From NCBI GenBank assembly GCA_030704615.1, contig CM060734.1, positions 35,960,001-36,024,000 of the forward strand: 64,000 nucleotides of DNA. The letters run 5' to 3'. Made by a program: the position numbers and the translations under genes. Of this stretch, positions 1 to 13,551 are shown piece after piece. The stretch's first letter is position 1. Every line of letters begins with the position of its first letter. The notes below the pieces were generated by a model. That model searched no databases and was not told where the DNA came from. It saw only the letters and a program-made list of their open reading frames with translations. Source of the DNA: Takakia lepidozioides (lineage: Eukaryota; Plantae; Bryophyta).

Positions 1-278
1 TTTTAGAAATTTCATCTTGCACTTGACAATATGCATCATACCATGTAATATTGGTTTGAAGTTGGGAATTTTCTGAGCCTCTAAATGGTGAATATAATAG
101 AAGTTGTTCTCTTGACCAATTTTCAATATCTTTATGTTTGTTATAGTTAACAAACCTGATAATTTTGGGTTTGCGACATTTCGAGATTTTATTGTTTTTT
201 ATGTTCATAATAGAGGCAAACTCAGCTAATGAGAATGATTCATAATGAGTAGCCCGGTTAATATATTTATCTGCTGCT
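1..278 (-). mobile_element. Helitron/Helentron-type RepHel coding fragment (runs off window edge)
   Basis: Manual minus-strand translation: DKYINRATHYESFSLAEFASIMNIK..KCRKPKIIRFVNYNKHKDIENWSREQLLLYSPFRGSE..TWYDAY. This matches the KY..RP...SLAEF / REQLLLY.PFR segment between Rep and helicase in Helitron proteins. Confidence 0.6.
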
Positions 279-1886
279 TTTCTTCTTTGACTGCTGCCAT
301 CTCCCTCATGTTGGATTGGGAATTTTGAGATCTTCAAACGAGCCGTCCTCACAATAATGGATCACACACTGCCACTATCATCTTGACAAATGCTCCTATG
401 CCTATTCAATTCCCACGGTTTCTCAAATCTTTATTGAGACGTATCCTCACCACCTCCCTCTATTTTCAAACCAGCCCAACCGCTCCTAAACGATGCAAAA
501 TATTAACCATGATCCACAAGTTGGGCTTTGGTACACCCTTTCTCCAATATACAAAGTCCATCTTGTCGTGGCCCTTCAAGTGTGTGGACAACAATACTAC
601 CCATGGCTCCTTCCAACTACACATGCCCAAACAAGTTGTACCCATATGGTATAAATCATTGAATATATTGTCCAAAGGCCTACAAAACCTTCAATATTTT
701 AAACAATCATGGTAGATGCAAGACTCTATGAGTCTGCATCGGCTGAAGAGCAGAGTGTAATAGACAATCGAACCAACAATGACCTCACATTCTTCGATTT
801 GTGCCCCAGATTTATATTCTCCTCTCGATGAGAAAGCTCGACTGAGAGTGCATGTCAAGTCTAGAGATATAAATGTAAATCAGACAAACCAGTAAAATTT
901 CATTCTTCATATACTGCCCACATGGTTCATCCATCACTAATCTCGACTTTCTTATTGGCATCTTCGAAGTCAACTTGTTCCTCCCTACACCCACAAATGC
1001 TTGTTCGGTTTAACGAGTATCACATGGGAGAACATGTGTGCATTTGAGGATTGGAGAGAACATAACCACCGACTATTGGGTGACATTTCATAATCTCTTG
1101 GCAGACAGAAAGTGTAAATTGAGCCTTTTCCTTCTATCGCTTATACTAATGATACAACAAGATGCCCGCTTCTTGAATCACTTGTTTACTATTACTTTTT
1201 AGAATTTAAGCAAATGTCTCGCTTATTATCAGCTTGCACCTCCTTTCTGTTTTGTCTACATGACATAGGCAAAGCAACTCTTCTTTTGTACAACAAACTT
1301 CTTGTACTTACTCTGATGCATAGTGGAATAATGGACTTGGATAGTGAAACTCATGGACAATATTGTTGGGCAAATATCAACAACACCAAAAGTTGCGCAA
1401 GCTACAACCATAGTGCATGTCTACACCCCACTATATGTCTAGACTATGTAATTCTTCGTAAAGTCGACTTTTCTTTATATCAACATGCTACAACAATCCT
1501 AATTAGAAAAGTAAAATTGGTTATTACATATTTCAGACAGTACATGTCAGTTAAACAACAAAGATTGATGCAAAGGTTTCAAAAGATGACATTAAGTGGT
1601 TCAACAAATATGAATGTTATAGCTTTAAATGATATTGTTTTGAAGAATTATAATATGTATGAACATGTATTTAATGCTCATATTATTTTGTACATAACTT
1701 ATTATATAAGAATATCAACATAATAATGAAGAATAATGAACAACAGTATTGATGAAAATTTGTGTAATCTCAATAGTGCAACGATTGTTCATATCAATAA
1801 CAAATTGGGTTTTATTGGAATATACGTTGAGCACATCAATATATTAAGCAATGTAGGTTATTTTGTTTTGTTTTCTTTGTCACGTT

Positions 1887-2520
1887 GAGATATCCCAGAT
1901 CGCAAGGTCTTTGCTCAAGTTCTTAATACCGTTGGAAAGCCATTGATAAGAGGCGGTTTCATAAATTATGGACCTATGATGTGGGAGATATATAATGTCA
2001 AGTATTTTCGTCCACTAGACATTCATGAAAAATAGCAAAAGACCTCCTTTATAGTTGAATATGTTCTCAACAACACATGCCAGTCTAATAAACAACTACT
2101 AGGGTAGCCTGTGCTCTTGGCCCATGCGTGAAGAATTGAAATCTAAGCCTGTGTCGTCGGCCCAAGTATCAGTGTCATCTAAGTCCAAGTGCAATTCCCT
2201 ATGTATCCAAGCGCGTCTCCTATGTCGAGGCCCATGTGTGAAGAATAATATATTCAAGTACGACCTCTAGGGTAGCCTGTGCTATTGGCCCAAGTGTCCA
2301 GTGTCATATAAGTCCCAATGCAATCTTGTATATATCCAAGTGCATCTCATATGTCGAGGCCCATGTGTGAAGAATTGAAATCTAAGCCCAAGCTCAATCT
2401 CCTATGTATCCAAGTGCTTCTCCTATGTAGAGGCCTAAATGCGACCTCCAATGTCCAATGTCATTTAAATCCAAGTGCAATCCCTTATGCATCCAAAGAC
2501 CCTGCAGTTTGGGAGATCTC
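1887..2520. repeat. MITE-like element: imperfect 27-bp inverted ends enclosing degenerate ~120-bp tandem units
   Basis: GAGATATCCCAGATCGCAAGGTCTTTG (1887-1913) vs reverse complement of 2494-2520, GAGATCTCCCAAACTGCAGGGTCTTTG. Internal repeats of CCTATGTATCCAAG / TGTCGAGGCCCATGTGTGAAGAA. Confidence 0.5.
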
Positions 2521-2990
2521 CACGTCATTGTTCCAACAAAAACCACTTTGCTATTTTTGCAATCTCCCTTGTCGAGGCTTCATGTATTGATATATCCACT
2601 TTGCTATTTTTCGCAAATTTCCACCAACCAAAAGAACCAGTGTTGGACTGGTATCAAGTTTTTTACATACCAGTTTGGTCCTAGTACTAGGCGTATCACA
2701 AAGTTTTCATACCAGTCTGGTCTATATAGTGGTGGATGTATATTTGTCCAAATATTGGTATGAGTATGAGTATCTTGACCACAATAGCAGCTGGTATGAG
2801 ATATCAACTCTGGTATCATACTTTATGTGTATTGTATTTATTTTCACTTGATATTTGCTATTTGATAAACTTGTAATTCAAGATGGCTATAGAAGTAAAT
2901 ATACATAAATACAAATGTATAGGCAAATGTACACATAAATTAATATGGCACACATACCAGAGTAAATGAGGTAGACTGCGGGGGAGTACT

Positions 2991-3300
2991 CACTACTACA
3001 GATTAACGTTTTTATGACTACGGTGATATAAACCTTGGTAATCATGACTATATGTGTGACTATGAAGTGATGAAACCCATTGTTGGGTGGATTTTAATAT
3101 ATTTTAATCTAATGTAGTCATACGTTTTACTACATGACTAGGAGCCGCGGTCAAACAGTGTTGACCAAGAACATAGGCTTGGTTTATATAACTAGTAGTC
3201 ATACGCAATACTACACGTCAGACACGTGCCACGTAAGCTTATGACTACATGACTACTGGAGGTTTCACATCTCTGTTTCTATGATTACATCACTACACGT
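2991..3300. mobile_element. CACTA terminus (CACTACTACAG) with ATGACTAC-type subterminal repeats; probable left end of the autonomous element at 5813-20509
   Basis: Starts with CACTAC at 2991, followed by many ATGACTAC/GTAGTCAT repeats in both orientations. The same motif recurs at 9160-9410. No matching right TIR was found. Confidence 0.55.
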
Positions 3301-3629
3301 GGCATCTTAAGGCATATACATGAATGGGTTCATCCATTGGATGACCTCATCCATCTATCTTTAACGAAGCATTTGTCATATGTGAACATGTGTCCATTTG
3401 ATATTGGCAAAATATTGGACCTGGAGCTCGAAGCAGTTTGCAGTTTCACTATGTAGTGGCGTGGGCAAATATTACGAAGTAGTAAGTAGCATACTTCATT
3501 GAGTCATGTAATCGTTGTCCCTGTTTGCAGTCTTCAAGTGTACAATTTGATACATTCCCCCCTTCATGACATTGGTATTCGACTATACAACGAGTTCTTT
3601 TAGTGATGTTGAAGCCGGACAAGGTCACA

Positions 3630-3875
3630 ATTGGTTGCGTTTGCAATGAATGTGCGAGCTTCGTAGCCCTGAAATTGGACAGCCTCAAAATGGGAATAGT
3701 ATGAGAGATATTTGTTCTAAACTCTACCTGGGTGGACATGTATTTTGAATGTGGTAGCATCAAGGATGACAAGGGAGTGTTCGATGATATGGGCGAACAA
3801 GATGTGGTAGCTTGGAATGCAATGATGGCAGGATATGCCCAGCATGGTTGTCATAGGAGGGAGGCCCTACAAGTA
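3630..3875 (+). pseudogene. PLS-class PPR fragment
   Basis: CVCNECAS..VDMYFECGSIKDDKGVFDDMGEQDVVAWNAMMAGYAQHG..REALQV: remnants of L-S-P motifs with frameshifts. Confidence 0.75.
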
Positions 3876-5039
3876 ATTATAGGCATTCACTATGTCATTT
3901 CCCCAAAAAACCACCAACTGCCGAGGGCGGCAGTACCTCCATTCTCTTCTCCTCTCTCCCCGTTTGTCGAGGGTTTTTGCCATGTAAGAGTCTGTTCATA
4001 CCAGTGCATGGTTCTCCCGTTCTAATTCCACAGTGAGAATAGAGGCATCTTATGTCAAGAGAGGTAGGGGCAAATTTACTTTGGCAATGATGATGGCCTA
4101 GATGAAAAATATGGATTGTTGCTGGTGCCAGCTCTAGAGGTCTGTCAGTTGTGGACAAGGAGGATTGATATGCGATTGATATGCCTCCAGTAGCATGCCA
4201 TATTCTCTGTTTCACTATAGGCAGCAACCCAAGGCCCATCTGATGCCAAGCTGCCCCATTTAATCCAGCCCTGAACCACATAGTTCCCTTTCAATCTCTT
4301 CCTTCTCTTCATTTTTGAAAGGTCTTTTCTAAACCATGAGAAGTTGCTGGATTGCAGGGTTGTGTGTCATACCCCCCCAATTCAACACTCATATTTGATG
4401 TTGAGTTTGTGGGCAAAGCTTAAGAGCCTTGTTTCTCAACGACTACCAGCGAGACATATATCACTGGTAAACATGTCTCTGGGAATTTGCTTTATACTTG
4501 CTTTTTCACGGGGGACGGGGGGGGGGGGGGGAGAGATTCCAGGGAGGCAGTGAAGTTGGCAAAGCTCTAATGGGATGAGGGATGTGAAAGTTGGTGTTGG
4601 TTTATTTTTCCACTAATGTGTGACACAGAGGTCGTATCCTGGGCACTTCCTTACTAGCTCAGTGGGCTGAAAACTGATTGCACGACTGTTTGAACTCACC
4701 TCTCTAATGCTTTGCTTTTCCTGATATGCCATAGGCTTGCCATAACAGCTTGGTCAAGACGAAATAAATCTGCCTGCTTGTGGATATTGGATTGCAAGAT
4801 TGCCACCACAAGTAAGTGATGTGTTTGATATGGTATAATTACACGTCTTCCACCACAACCAAGTGGTGTAAGTATTTTACTCGTGAAATAGCTTTGAACC
4901 ACCAAAAACCTCAGTTGACTGGAATTCTTTAATTTCGTTTTGTGGTTAGGGCAGGGTGAAGGCAGACTTGGGGTAGTGTTGCTCATGAAGGACACATCCA
5001 TACATTGGTGTGGAGGCTATGATGACAGCCATAGCCTGA

Positions 5040-5470
5040 CAATGTAAGACTTTGGCAGAATTGCAGTGCTGCAATGTGATAGCGGGTCATTTTCCTGGAG
5101 ATGAGAGAAAAAAACTAGATAAGATTATGATTCAATTGCAAGCTAGAGAGGGGGTGGGGAGCAAGCCAACTGATGTTCCATTGGGATGGTCTTACAGGTC
5201 TATCAAAAATCTGACCACTCAATGGCGACAGCAGATGCGAACGATTCAGAGTGGTAGAAGGGGTGAAGATGCACAGGGCCAGGTTTGTAGGATATTGCTA
5301 TGCATGCCACCCCGTCTACAACTCTACAAAGGCGCAAAGAATTGACAGGATCAAAGCGTGAATTGTACCAATATCAGTCTGGATATTGCCCTGGCGTAGA
5401 TGTATGCCAAATGTGGCAATATATTGTTGTAGTTGAAGCTAGACAAAGGCCCAAAGATGTGGGCATGGGA
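5040..5470 (+). pseudogene. Highly degenerate PPR fragment
   Basis: IALA*MYAKCGNI..EAR at ~5385-5440, with upstream weak P/L-like remnants (..LQAREGV..KP). Confidence 0.45.
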
Positions 5471-5812
5471 TTTTTTTGATATAGGGATATTACTGCAGGT
5501 TGCCAGCGATGAAATCAGTGCTAATAGTTGCACACTGGAAGATATTAGAAGTGTAGAATGCTGAAGTGCCAAACTGGGTCACTTCCCAACTTCTGGGTGC
5601 CAATGTTTTACAATCTGGATATGAATAAATGGCCCTACTAGTGGCCAATCCACTAGTGCTTGATCACAACAGCTTATAGCATGGAGGAATTGTGAGCATA
5701 TTTGAATATCAATGTTCATTGACAGTTGGTACCCAAAAAAATGTGACTACATGGGGACAGAAGAGTACATTTATTTGGAATGACAGGTAATACATGCACA
5801 AGGGTAGCATAT

Positions 5813-8800
5813 CTAATTGCCATCGACTGAATCCGTGCCTGTGAATATAGAGGTATCTGTGTCATCATCACTGACCATAGCCTCAATGTCGGTGGAGGTA
5901 TCTGTGTCTTCATGACAGACCTGCTGGTCAACTGGGGGTTGTACCTCGCGTCGTTGGTATGGGGGTCGGTACAATGAGGCCAGCTGCTCTGGTGTCACTG
6001 TCTGAATTCGGTTGTGAGTTCGGCTAGTAGTCAATGTCTCTTGTAGTTGTTGTGGAGCTAACAAGCCTTCAACTCTTCTCAAATCATCAATAGAAATTGA
6101 GATATCACACACCACTCCTCGTGATCGGGGGCTCTTCTCCAATACAACTTTCCATTGTCGTTCCTTCACACACTCAGAGAAAAAGACTTGATCAACCTGT
6201 ACTGGCAATACAAAAGGTTGTTCAGAGGGTGGTAGCATTTGATTGAAATTGACCAACGTGAAGCCACAATCATCTTCCTTCATTGATCTGGGTTGACGAC
6301 CCACATTTTGGGCCCGTACCCAGGAGCACAAAAACACTACAGGCCGTATAGTGCCATAGTCAATCTGCAAAATCTCCCTGATAAGACCCACATACCGTAC
6401 AGATTCCGTCTCATGCTTGAAAACTGATGAGACTCCACAATCAAATGATGCCATACTCGATGTGTTCATGCCTGGGGATGTAGCCCTGTAATGGTTGCCA
6501 TATCCTGACATACTCTTGTATGTCAAGGCATAATATGATGGGGGTCTTGAAAGATCCAGTAATTCTTGTCGTACGCCATCTTCAAGCACATGTTCTTGAA
6601 TTCCAGATAGATGTTCTCGTACAGCATTTGGCAGCCAAGCAGCAAATGAAGGACAATCATCCATTTGTGTGGACTTCTCTTCATATTTCCTGGCACAAAA
6701 TGTTGAGGCTATTTAGCCAACACAGACTAAGCATGGGGTAGTACAAAAAGATCAAATCAACAAAATATTCAGATCTGAAAGGGTATGGACTTACTTCAAC
6801 ATATCAGATGATTTTGAATGATGTAATCGTGTACAATAGCATGCAAGTCACCCAATTTCCGAGGTTTGCCGGCTCCTTCCAAAACTACGCCGGCCACAGA
6901 TTCTTCCTCATTTGCATCCCACACCCTTCGTGCGGTTCCATCATATCCTGCCATATACTCCGTGCAAAATCCTAGAGTTTCATAAAAAATGTAACCTTGA
7001 GCCATGTTGCCCTCGGGTTTTGCCATGTTCCGGATGTACCCCTTCATTTCTTTCATTGCCCGCTCCATGGGGTACATCCAACGTGATGCCACAGGACCAC
7101 ATAAATTGAGCTCGTCCACTAGGTGGACAAGCAGATGTGTCATCACATCAAAGAATGATGGTGGGAACTATTTCTCCATTACAGAGAGTAACAACTACTT
7201 CATGTTTCAACTCCTCATACTCTGCAGGATTCACTACTTTTGCACACAACCTCCTAAATACACGACATACTCGCAAAATTGTAGTGCGCACACCTGTTGC
7301 CATGAGCCCACGAATAGCCAGCCGTAAAATTTGGTGCATGAACACATGGTAATCATGTGATTTCATGCCAGATAGTTTTTTCTTTACCACGTGTTTTTTG
7401 AAAGCTGATGCGTATCCTGTGGGTACTTTAAGGTTTCGCACAGTGTCCAAGAAAACTTTCAACTCAGCTTCAATCAGAACATAAGGAGCAGGAGGCATGA
7501 TTAACGTATCTGCCCTGTCTGGATGTCGTTGCAACCACAATGATGGATGCAGCCCAAGTAATTCAAGATCACGCCGAACCTTCAATGTATCTTTCTCCCC
7601 AAAAATAGTCTTTATGATATTCTCTGCAAAGTTCTTCTCGCAATGCATAGCATCAAACGTATGCCGTATGAGGAGGCCCTCCCAGTAAGGCAAGGCATAT
7701 AAGATTGATAATCGCTTCACTCCGTGAGATTTGGAAAGGTCTGATGGCGTATCTGGTTTCCCCCCTGCTGCTATCCATGCAATCAGGTCAATTGCACGTT
7801 TCTTTATCGTTTGTGGAGCCACTCTATGCTCAACAACACCATTGAACAATCTTGATCTTCTATACGGATGGTTGTGGGCAAGAAATCTCCGATGGCCCAG
7901 GAACACAGTCTTTGAACATGCATGTAAATGCTGTGAATCCACCTCGGGTCCACAGGCTGGACAACCAGCATAACCTTTAGTAACCTGACCTGCGAGCAAG
8001 CCATATGCAGGGTAATCATGGATTGACCATAGCAGCAATGCCCGTAGCAAGAATTGGCGTTGTTGGAGAGCTTGGGAAACATCGTAAGCTATGATGCCTC
8101 TCCACAATTCCTGTAGCTCCTCTACTAGGGGCGTCAAATACACATCAATGTTCGCAGATGTAACAGACTCCTTTCCAGGGATAAGGAGCGCTAACATGAC
8201 GAAAAACTTCTTTGTCATCAACCATGGAGGCAAATTATAGTTGACCAACAGGATGGGCCATGTGCTCCAACTCATGGATTGAGCACTGTATGGATTTACT
8301 CCATCTAAGGCTAATCCAAATCGTACATTTCGTGGTTCTGAAGCAAAATCCGCAAATGTGCAGTCAACGTGGGCCCAGGCTTTGCTATCAGCTGGATGTC
8401 GAACCAATCCATCCTGACTCTTATGTCTGAAGTGCCATGTCATAAGGTGCGTGATTGATTTGCATCGATACATACGTTTCAACCTTGGGATGACAAGGAA
8501 ATGTTGTAGTATTTTTTTGGGTACAGTTCCACGACCAGGAATGTAACGTGATGTCTTGCACTCCGGGCAAAAATTCTGCTTTTTCATTCTCCCCACGGAA
8601 GAGTACACAGCCTTTCTCGCAGGCATAGATCTGGGTGTACTGCAATCCCATCTTCGCAATCATAGTTCTAGCTTCATAATTAGTTTTCGGCAGAGAATTC
8701 TGTTGCGGCAAAAAAAAATTGCGCAACAATCCAAGAAGCTCATCCACAAAGCCATTGGTGCACTTGTGGGTGGTACACAAGTTGAGCAAGTGCAAAGTAG

Positions 8801-9719
8801 CTTCAAATCGGCTGATCGAGCTCCCTTCGTAGAGTTTACACTGAGATTGTCGAAATAACGTATTGGGGTCAATTCCGTGACTCAGGTTTGGGCCATTCTT
8901 TGCATTCTTTGCATTGTCCATGGATTCTTCCTCGTTGGGGCTGTCTTTGGCCCGAGTTCCACCATTAATCGGATCCTCATCCGCAAACTCAAAAGCTTCC
9001 TGCAATGCTCGTTGAATTTCTGCCTCCACACCACCTTCATGATCCGTATTGTTCTCCCTTTCATTAGGCCCCTGCCCAAACTCAGCCCGATCCTCCTCGT
9101 CATCAGAATCAGCATGTCCCTGCATCCCGTGTTTCCCACGGTTCATTCACAGTATATGTAGATTATGACATGTGGACAAATGTAGTCACGGCTATCACTA
9201 CATCACTTCGATTTGAGCAACGACATTGTGACACATGACAGATAGTTCTAGTGACGTAGTTATGTTCCTATATGTGTTTATGACTACACGACTACAACTA
9301 GCCAACGACATATCGACATGTGTATAAAGGGCAGTCATAGACACAACTACAAGACTACAACTCGCCAATCAACTTTCGACATGTGGAGCGGTGAAGTCAT
9401 GGCTACTACTACCACACCAAAATGGTTTCAAAATTCAAACTTGGAGATTGCTAAGTCCTGAAGGACAGTGTACTTCTTGTGGATGTACCGGAATAGTACA
9501 GCTGCGCAAAGTTGGATCCATTTTATGTTTGAGGTAGTGCTTCGTCACTGTCTCCAACAACTTCCATTTGGATCCATGACATTCAGTGCAATTGCAAAGC
9601 ATTTTCTTGTTCCCATTTGATATGGCGTACGCCTCCTCGAGTCGCCATAGTCTGTCATCTCGTAATCGCATGCGTGGCTCATATGCACCATAACGGCCGA
9701 ACAGACGTTGAACGTTCAT
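5813..9719 (-). pseudogene. CACTA/En-Spm TnpD (Tnp2) transposase, frameshifted
   Basis: 9435-9719 transposase-associated Zn domain (MLCNCTEC). 8421-9146 (YACEKGCVLFRG). 7148-8659 Transposase_21 core (RHPADSKAW, RNVRFGLALDGVNP, STWPILLVNYNLPPWL, IDVYLTPLVEEL, SIHDYPAYG, DAMHCEKN, MKSHDYH). 6796-7146 DUF4218-like (MTHLLVHLV, GPVASRWMYPMER). 5813-6664 DUF4216-like (YVGLIREI, VFLCSW, EQPFVLPVQVDQVFF). Frameshifts near 8570 and 7170. Confidence 0.92.
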
Positions 9720-12700
9720 AGCTCGTAGTATGCAATGCCCTGTAGAGCCTCTGCAACTTTGTGTTCTCAGTGCTCTCTCTACAATATATCTACCTCTTGC
9801 GGTGTGTGCTAGTGAGCTGCATGATCATTCATGGTGAAGTCGAAGGTTGTCATTGCTCCTCTCACTGAGTACGAGAAGCTACGTGAGGCTAACATTGCCA
9901 TCGTGAAGGATGCCACGGCGAAGTTGAAGCAGGCCTTCGAAAGGTAAGGATCGAACAGTTCAGTGACCCAATCCTTTGACAATGCATGCATGGCTAACAG
10001 TGTGATCTCTTCCCATTTGCATAGTAGATGAGGTGTGATCAAGAGGCGGCGTTGTTGGTGTGAATGTAGAAAAGGCTTGAAAAATGCAAGTTGAGTGTAG
10101 TTTAGGGTATAGGGTAGGCCGGAGTGAACCGCATTTGACGGGCAGCCATTGGGACAGCGGTAAGGCACTTCATCGTTTTCCAGCTCTTTTATGAACATTA
10201 AGGTATGAGCTGCATTTGTCTTGTGTTAGTCGTTTAAGAGGGGAGATAGTCAAGTAACCTGTGGGCCGCAGTGGAAGTATTTTTGCAGGATTACGGGTGT
10301 GAAACCGCGTCGGAAGGCACGGTCTCGTGGAGCTCCTATCAAAGGTCCGGCAAGACGAAGTGCCCGACTCGTCACCATGACTGGAACAACTGCCAAGCCC
10401 AAAGTAATTTTTGACATAGACGACGACGATCCTTACCTCCCACCACAAAAGGGAGCAGTACAGGAAGGGATTGGGGATTCAGCCGACTCCATGTCGGAGG
10501 ACGCAGATGCAGGCACAGTGGTGCACGCAGGGAAAAAACGTGGTGCAGGCACACCGTCTCCATCTGTGAGTGCATTTTATGGGCATATTTGTAGTCTCTC
10601 ACCACTTATTCCGAAGGTGAGCACAACCTCAGGAGTGTCGAATAGTATCATGCGGACTTCATTAGGGGCCATCGGGGAGGGATTGTCTAAATACTTGGCA
10701 GATTTAATTGCGTGTCAATATTCTTCTTCTTTCTTTTCTGTCTCTTCCGTGCTTTGTAGGTCTGTCCGTCATTTGCATGTTTGGTTTCGAAGGGGGTGTG
10801 CTGTCATAAGCACATTCTCTGTCTAGATTCAGCTTATGCATTTCTGTCTGTCCATTTTCTGAGTGGAGGAGCTGCACATTGCCCATGTGCATGTGGCCCC
10901 CATATTCCATAGCACTATTTACAACTTTGTAAGCAGTAGGTCTCGTATGTTGAGCACATTCCATCTTTTCTCACAGCTTTTAGGTATGCCCCTCCCTATT
11001 GCATGTTTGGTATGGATTTCAGGCAAAACCCATACATAAAAGGGGTCGGAAAAGTCTTGGGCGCACATCATTGAAGCCAATCCAATTTGGCCGATTTTCT
11101 AGCCAAGATCTGTCTGATTTTTGGGTAATCCGACCTGTACAAATCATGCGTATTGTTTATACTTTATGACACCTTTATGTCATGATATGGTGTGGTCCTT
11201 GTAGTTGGATTTACTTGGCATTGTGTTTCATGTATGGAAACCCAGGGCAAGCAAAAACAGAAGCAGAAAAATGCCACAGGAGTCGGCCCTCAGTCCCCCC
11301 AGGTTTTCCATACTCAGCCACCAATACCAGGCTCTCAATATCGCTCGAGTACGCAACGGCCCCCCAACACAATTATGCAGCTGGCCATTATGGCCCTCAT
11401 GCTCCTCCTCCATATCGCCCACCTCCTCCTCCTTATGGAGGTGGCAGGCCACCTGAATATCCTCCGCCGTATGCACAGGTCCCATATGACCACTATGGAT
11501 CCTCGAGTGGTTCCCAACCACCATGGCCACCGATGGGTAGCTGGCCGAATCAACCCTTCAACGTTCCCGCACAGGTGCTAGCGGTTCAACCTGCAGGGGA
11601 TGTGGTTCAATCAAAGGCTGACAGAACCAATGCCTTGAGACGAACAAATTATGCTGTGAAGGCTGCGGCATATAAAATGAAGGAAGAAAGAGAGGCAGAA
11701 GGTCTTCCTGCAACTGTAGTTGTTGTGAACAAGGCAGGAAAACCAGTTGGTCAAACGAGGAATGTTTGGCATGCGGCCCTCAAAGGTCACGTTCATCGTA
11801 TCTGTGATCCTTCTATAGCCATCAACTATCAGCCTGATGAGATCATTGAAGAGCTCAAAGAAATCCTGGCCAAGCTATTTGAATATGTCCCACGTGACTT
11901 GGATGATATTGCGTTGCAAAACACAATAGGCACAATTATGAAGTCCCGACGGCATGACTTGCACAAGGAATGGCAGAAAGGTGGGGGGGAATCCATGGAC
12001 GTGTTTGATGAGCATTGGAAGAGCCTCACCTCCTATTGGAGTACAGAACAGTACTCCAAAGTGCAGACCCACTTGAAGACAACAAATGCCCGCGTTCAAA
12101 ATCACACCAAAACGGGCCGGGGAGGGAAGGACAGCATGGAGGCACGCTTAGTAATAACCCTCATGAGCTTTCTCACTGTACTCCTCTCAATACATTCTAT
12201 GAATGCCAATCTTTAATGCTGGTTGGATTATGGTTTAGTATTTCAAGCAATTTTGGAGCTGAGCTTTAGTATAAAATTATTTTTGTGCTGACATGATTGT
12301 TCAATCTTGACGTTGCATTATCTTCAGTGGTTTTGTTATGGTTTTGTATGGTTGAGCCATTGAGTACAAATTGCACATTGGCTTCATATTGTTTGTTATG
12401 TTGGGTTCATATGTGGGAAAGAGAAACCGGGTGCCCCCCTACGTTGGCTGACATACAAGAATACTCTGTCTCAAGGATGTCAGCTGGGAGCGATAGGCGG
12501 GTAAGTGAGACTCAACAACCATGTGCTTTCAGTACATGTGCGCCTTGTGTATTAAAGCACGTCTGGTTGCTCAAGTTCTCAGTGAATGATTTAAGTGTTG
12601 AAAGAATATATGTATTCATAAGAGTGCCAGTGTGTTGATTAACAAAACTGAGTTTGGTACCTCTAACCACTTCTTGGTTTGGACTGAGATCTGTTGGGTT

Positions 12701-13551
12701 TGGGTTTGTTGATTTTCACTATAAGCCATTATTGTATCCCTAGGACGGCCCTGTTTGGCCAGGTCTAAGTCCATCAAGGTGTTTAGTAGAGGGTTAACAC
12801 ATTTTACTTCAGAAGTTGCTGCGTGTGATCATTGTATCCCTAGGACTGCATGTGTGGTAGAAGGACCTGTGCCTGAATTTACTACTTTGCTAGAACAAAA
12901 GTGAGACCAATATTTTTGTACATGTGAACATGTTGTAGTCATGGTTGCCAGCGTTTGATGAATATGTGTCTGGTTGGTGTGATCACCCAATATGGATTGA
13001 TAGGTAAGGTGCTTGATGTTGTGCTCAAATATTGGCAGGTGGAAAAAAACTTGCTGGAACATGTTGTCTTATGCATTTCTGTCTATATGGCAGGAAGCGA
13101 GTGTAGCGTATTTTGCCATAGTCGGAAAGGTGGATGCAATGGAAAAACAAGTCGAGGCTCAAGGGTCTGATATGCTGGAGATGAAATCATGGATGCAGAA
13201 CATGATGGACTCTCAGAAGGCAATGATGCTCAAATTGGGGGTTAATGTCCCCCTGGCAGGTCCAGTGACATCTGGCATGAATGATTCTGGTGTCACTATA
13301 TCAAAAAGATTGGCGGAGCGGTTTGAGACCGTAACTGGCGATCAATCTCAACTCTCCCCTAACCCTATCACCAATGATGGTTTGCATCTGTCCAAGCAGT
13401 TCGCCATAGGGAAGGCAGGCACTGAGACAGCAATTTCAAGTCAGCATGCCTCTGTTACAAATGAAGCTACTGATCATGATGCCCGTGATATGTCTGAGAA
13501 GCCTGGTACACCGGATTCAAATATGCATGATTCCTTGGGGAATTCACATGG

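Noticed and set aside
1214-1723. 169-aa ORF
   Set aside because: AT-rich, with no recognisable motif; probably decayed TE sequence.
2991-3458. Possible complete mini-CACTA (CACTAC..GTAGTG)
   Set aside because: Flanks ACT vs GCG give no TSD, and TIR similarity stops after 6 bp.
4020-4290. Possible LINE C-terminal fragment on the minus strand (MWFR..KQRI)
   Set aside because: Motif match too weak to call.
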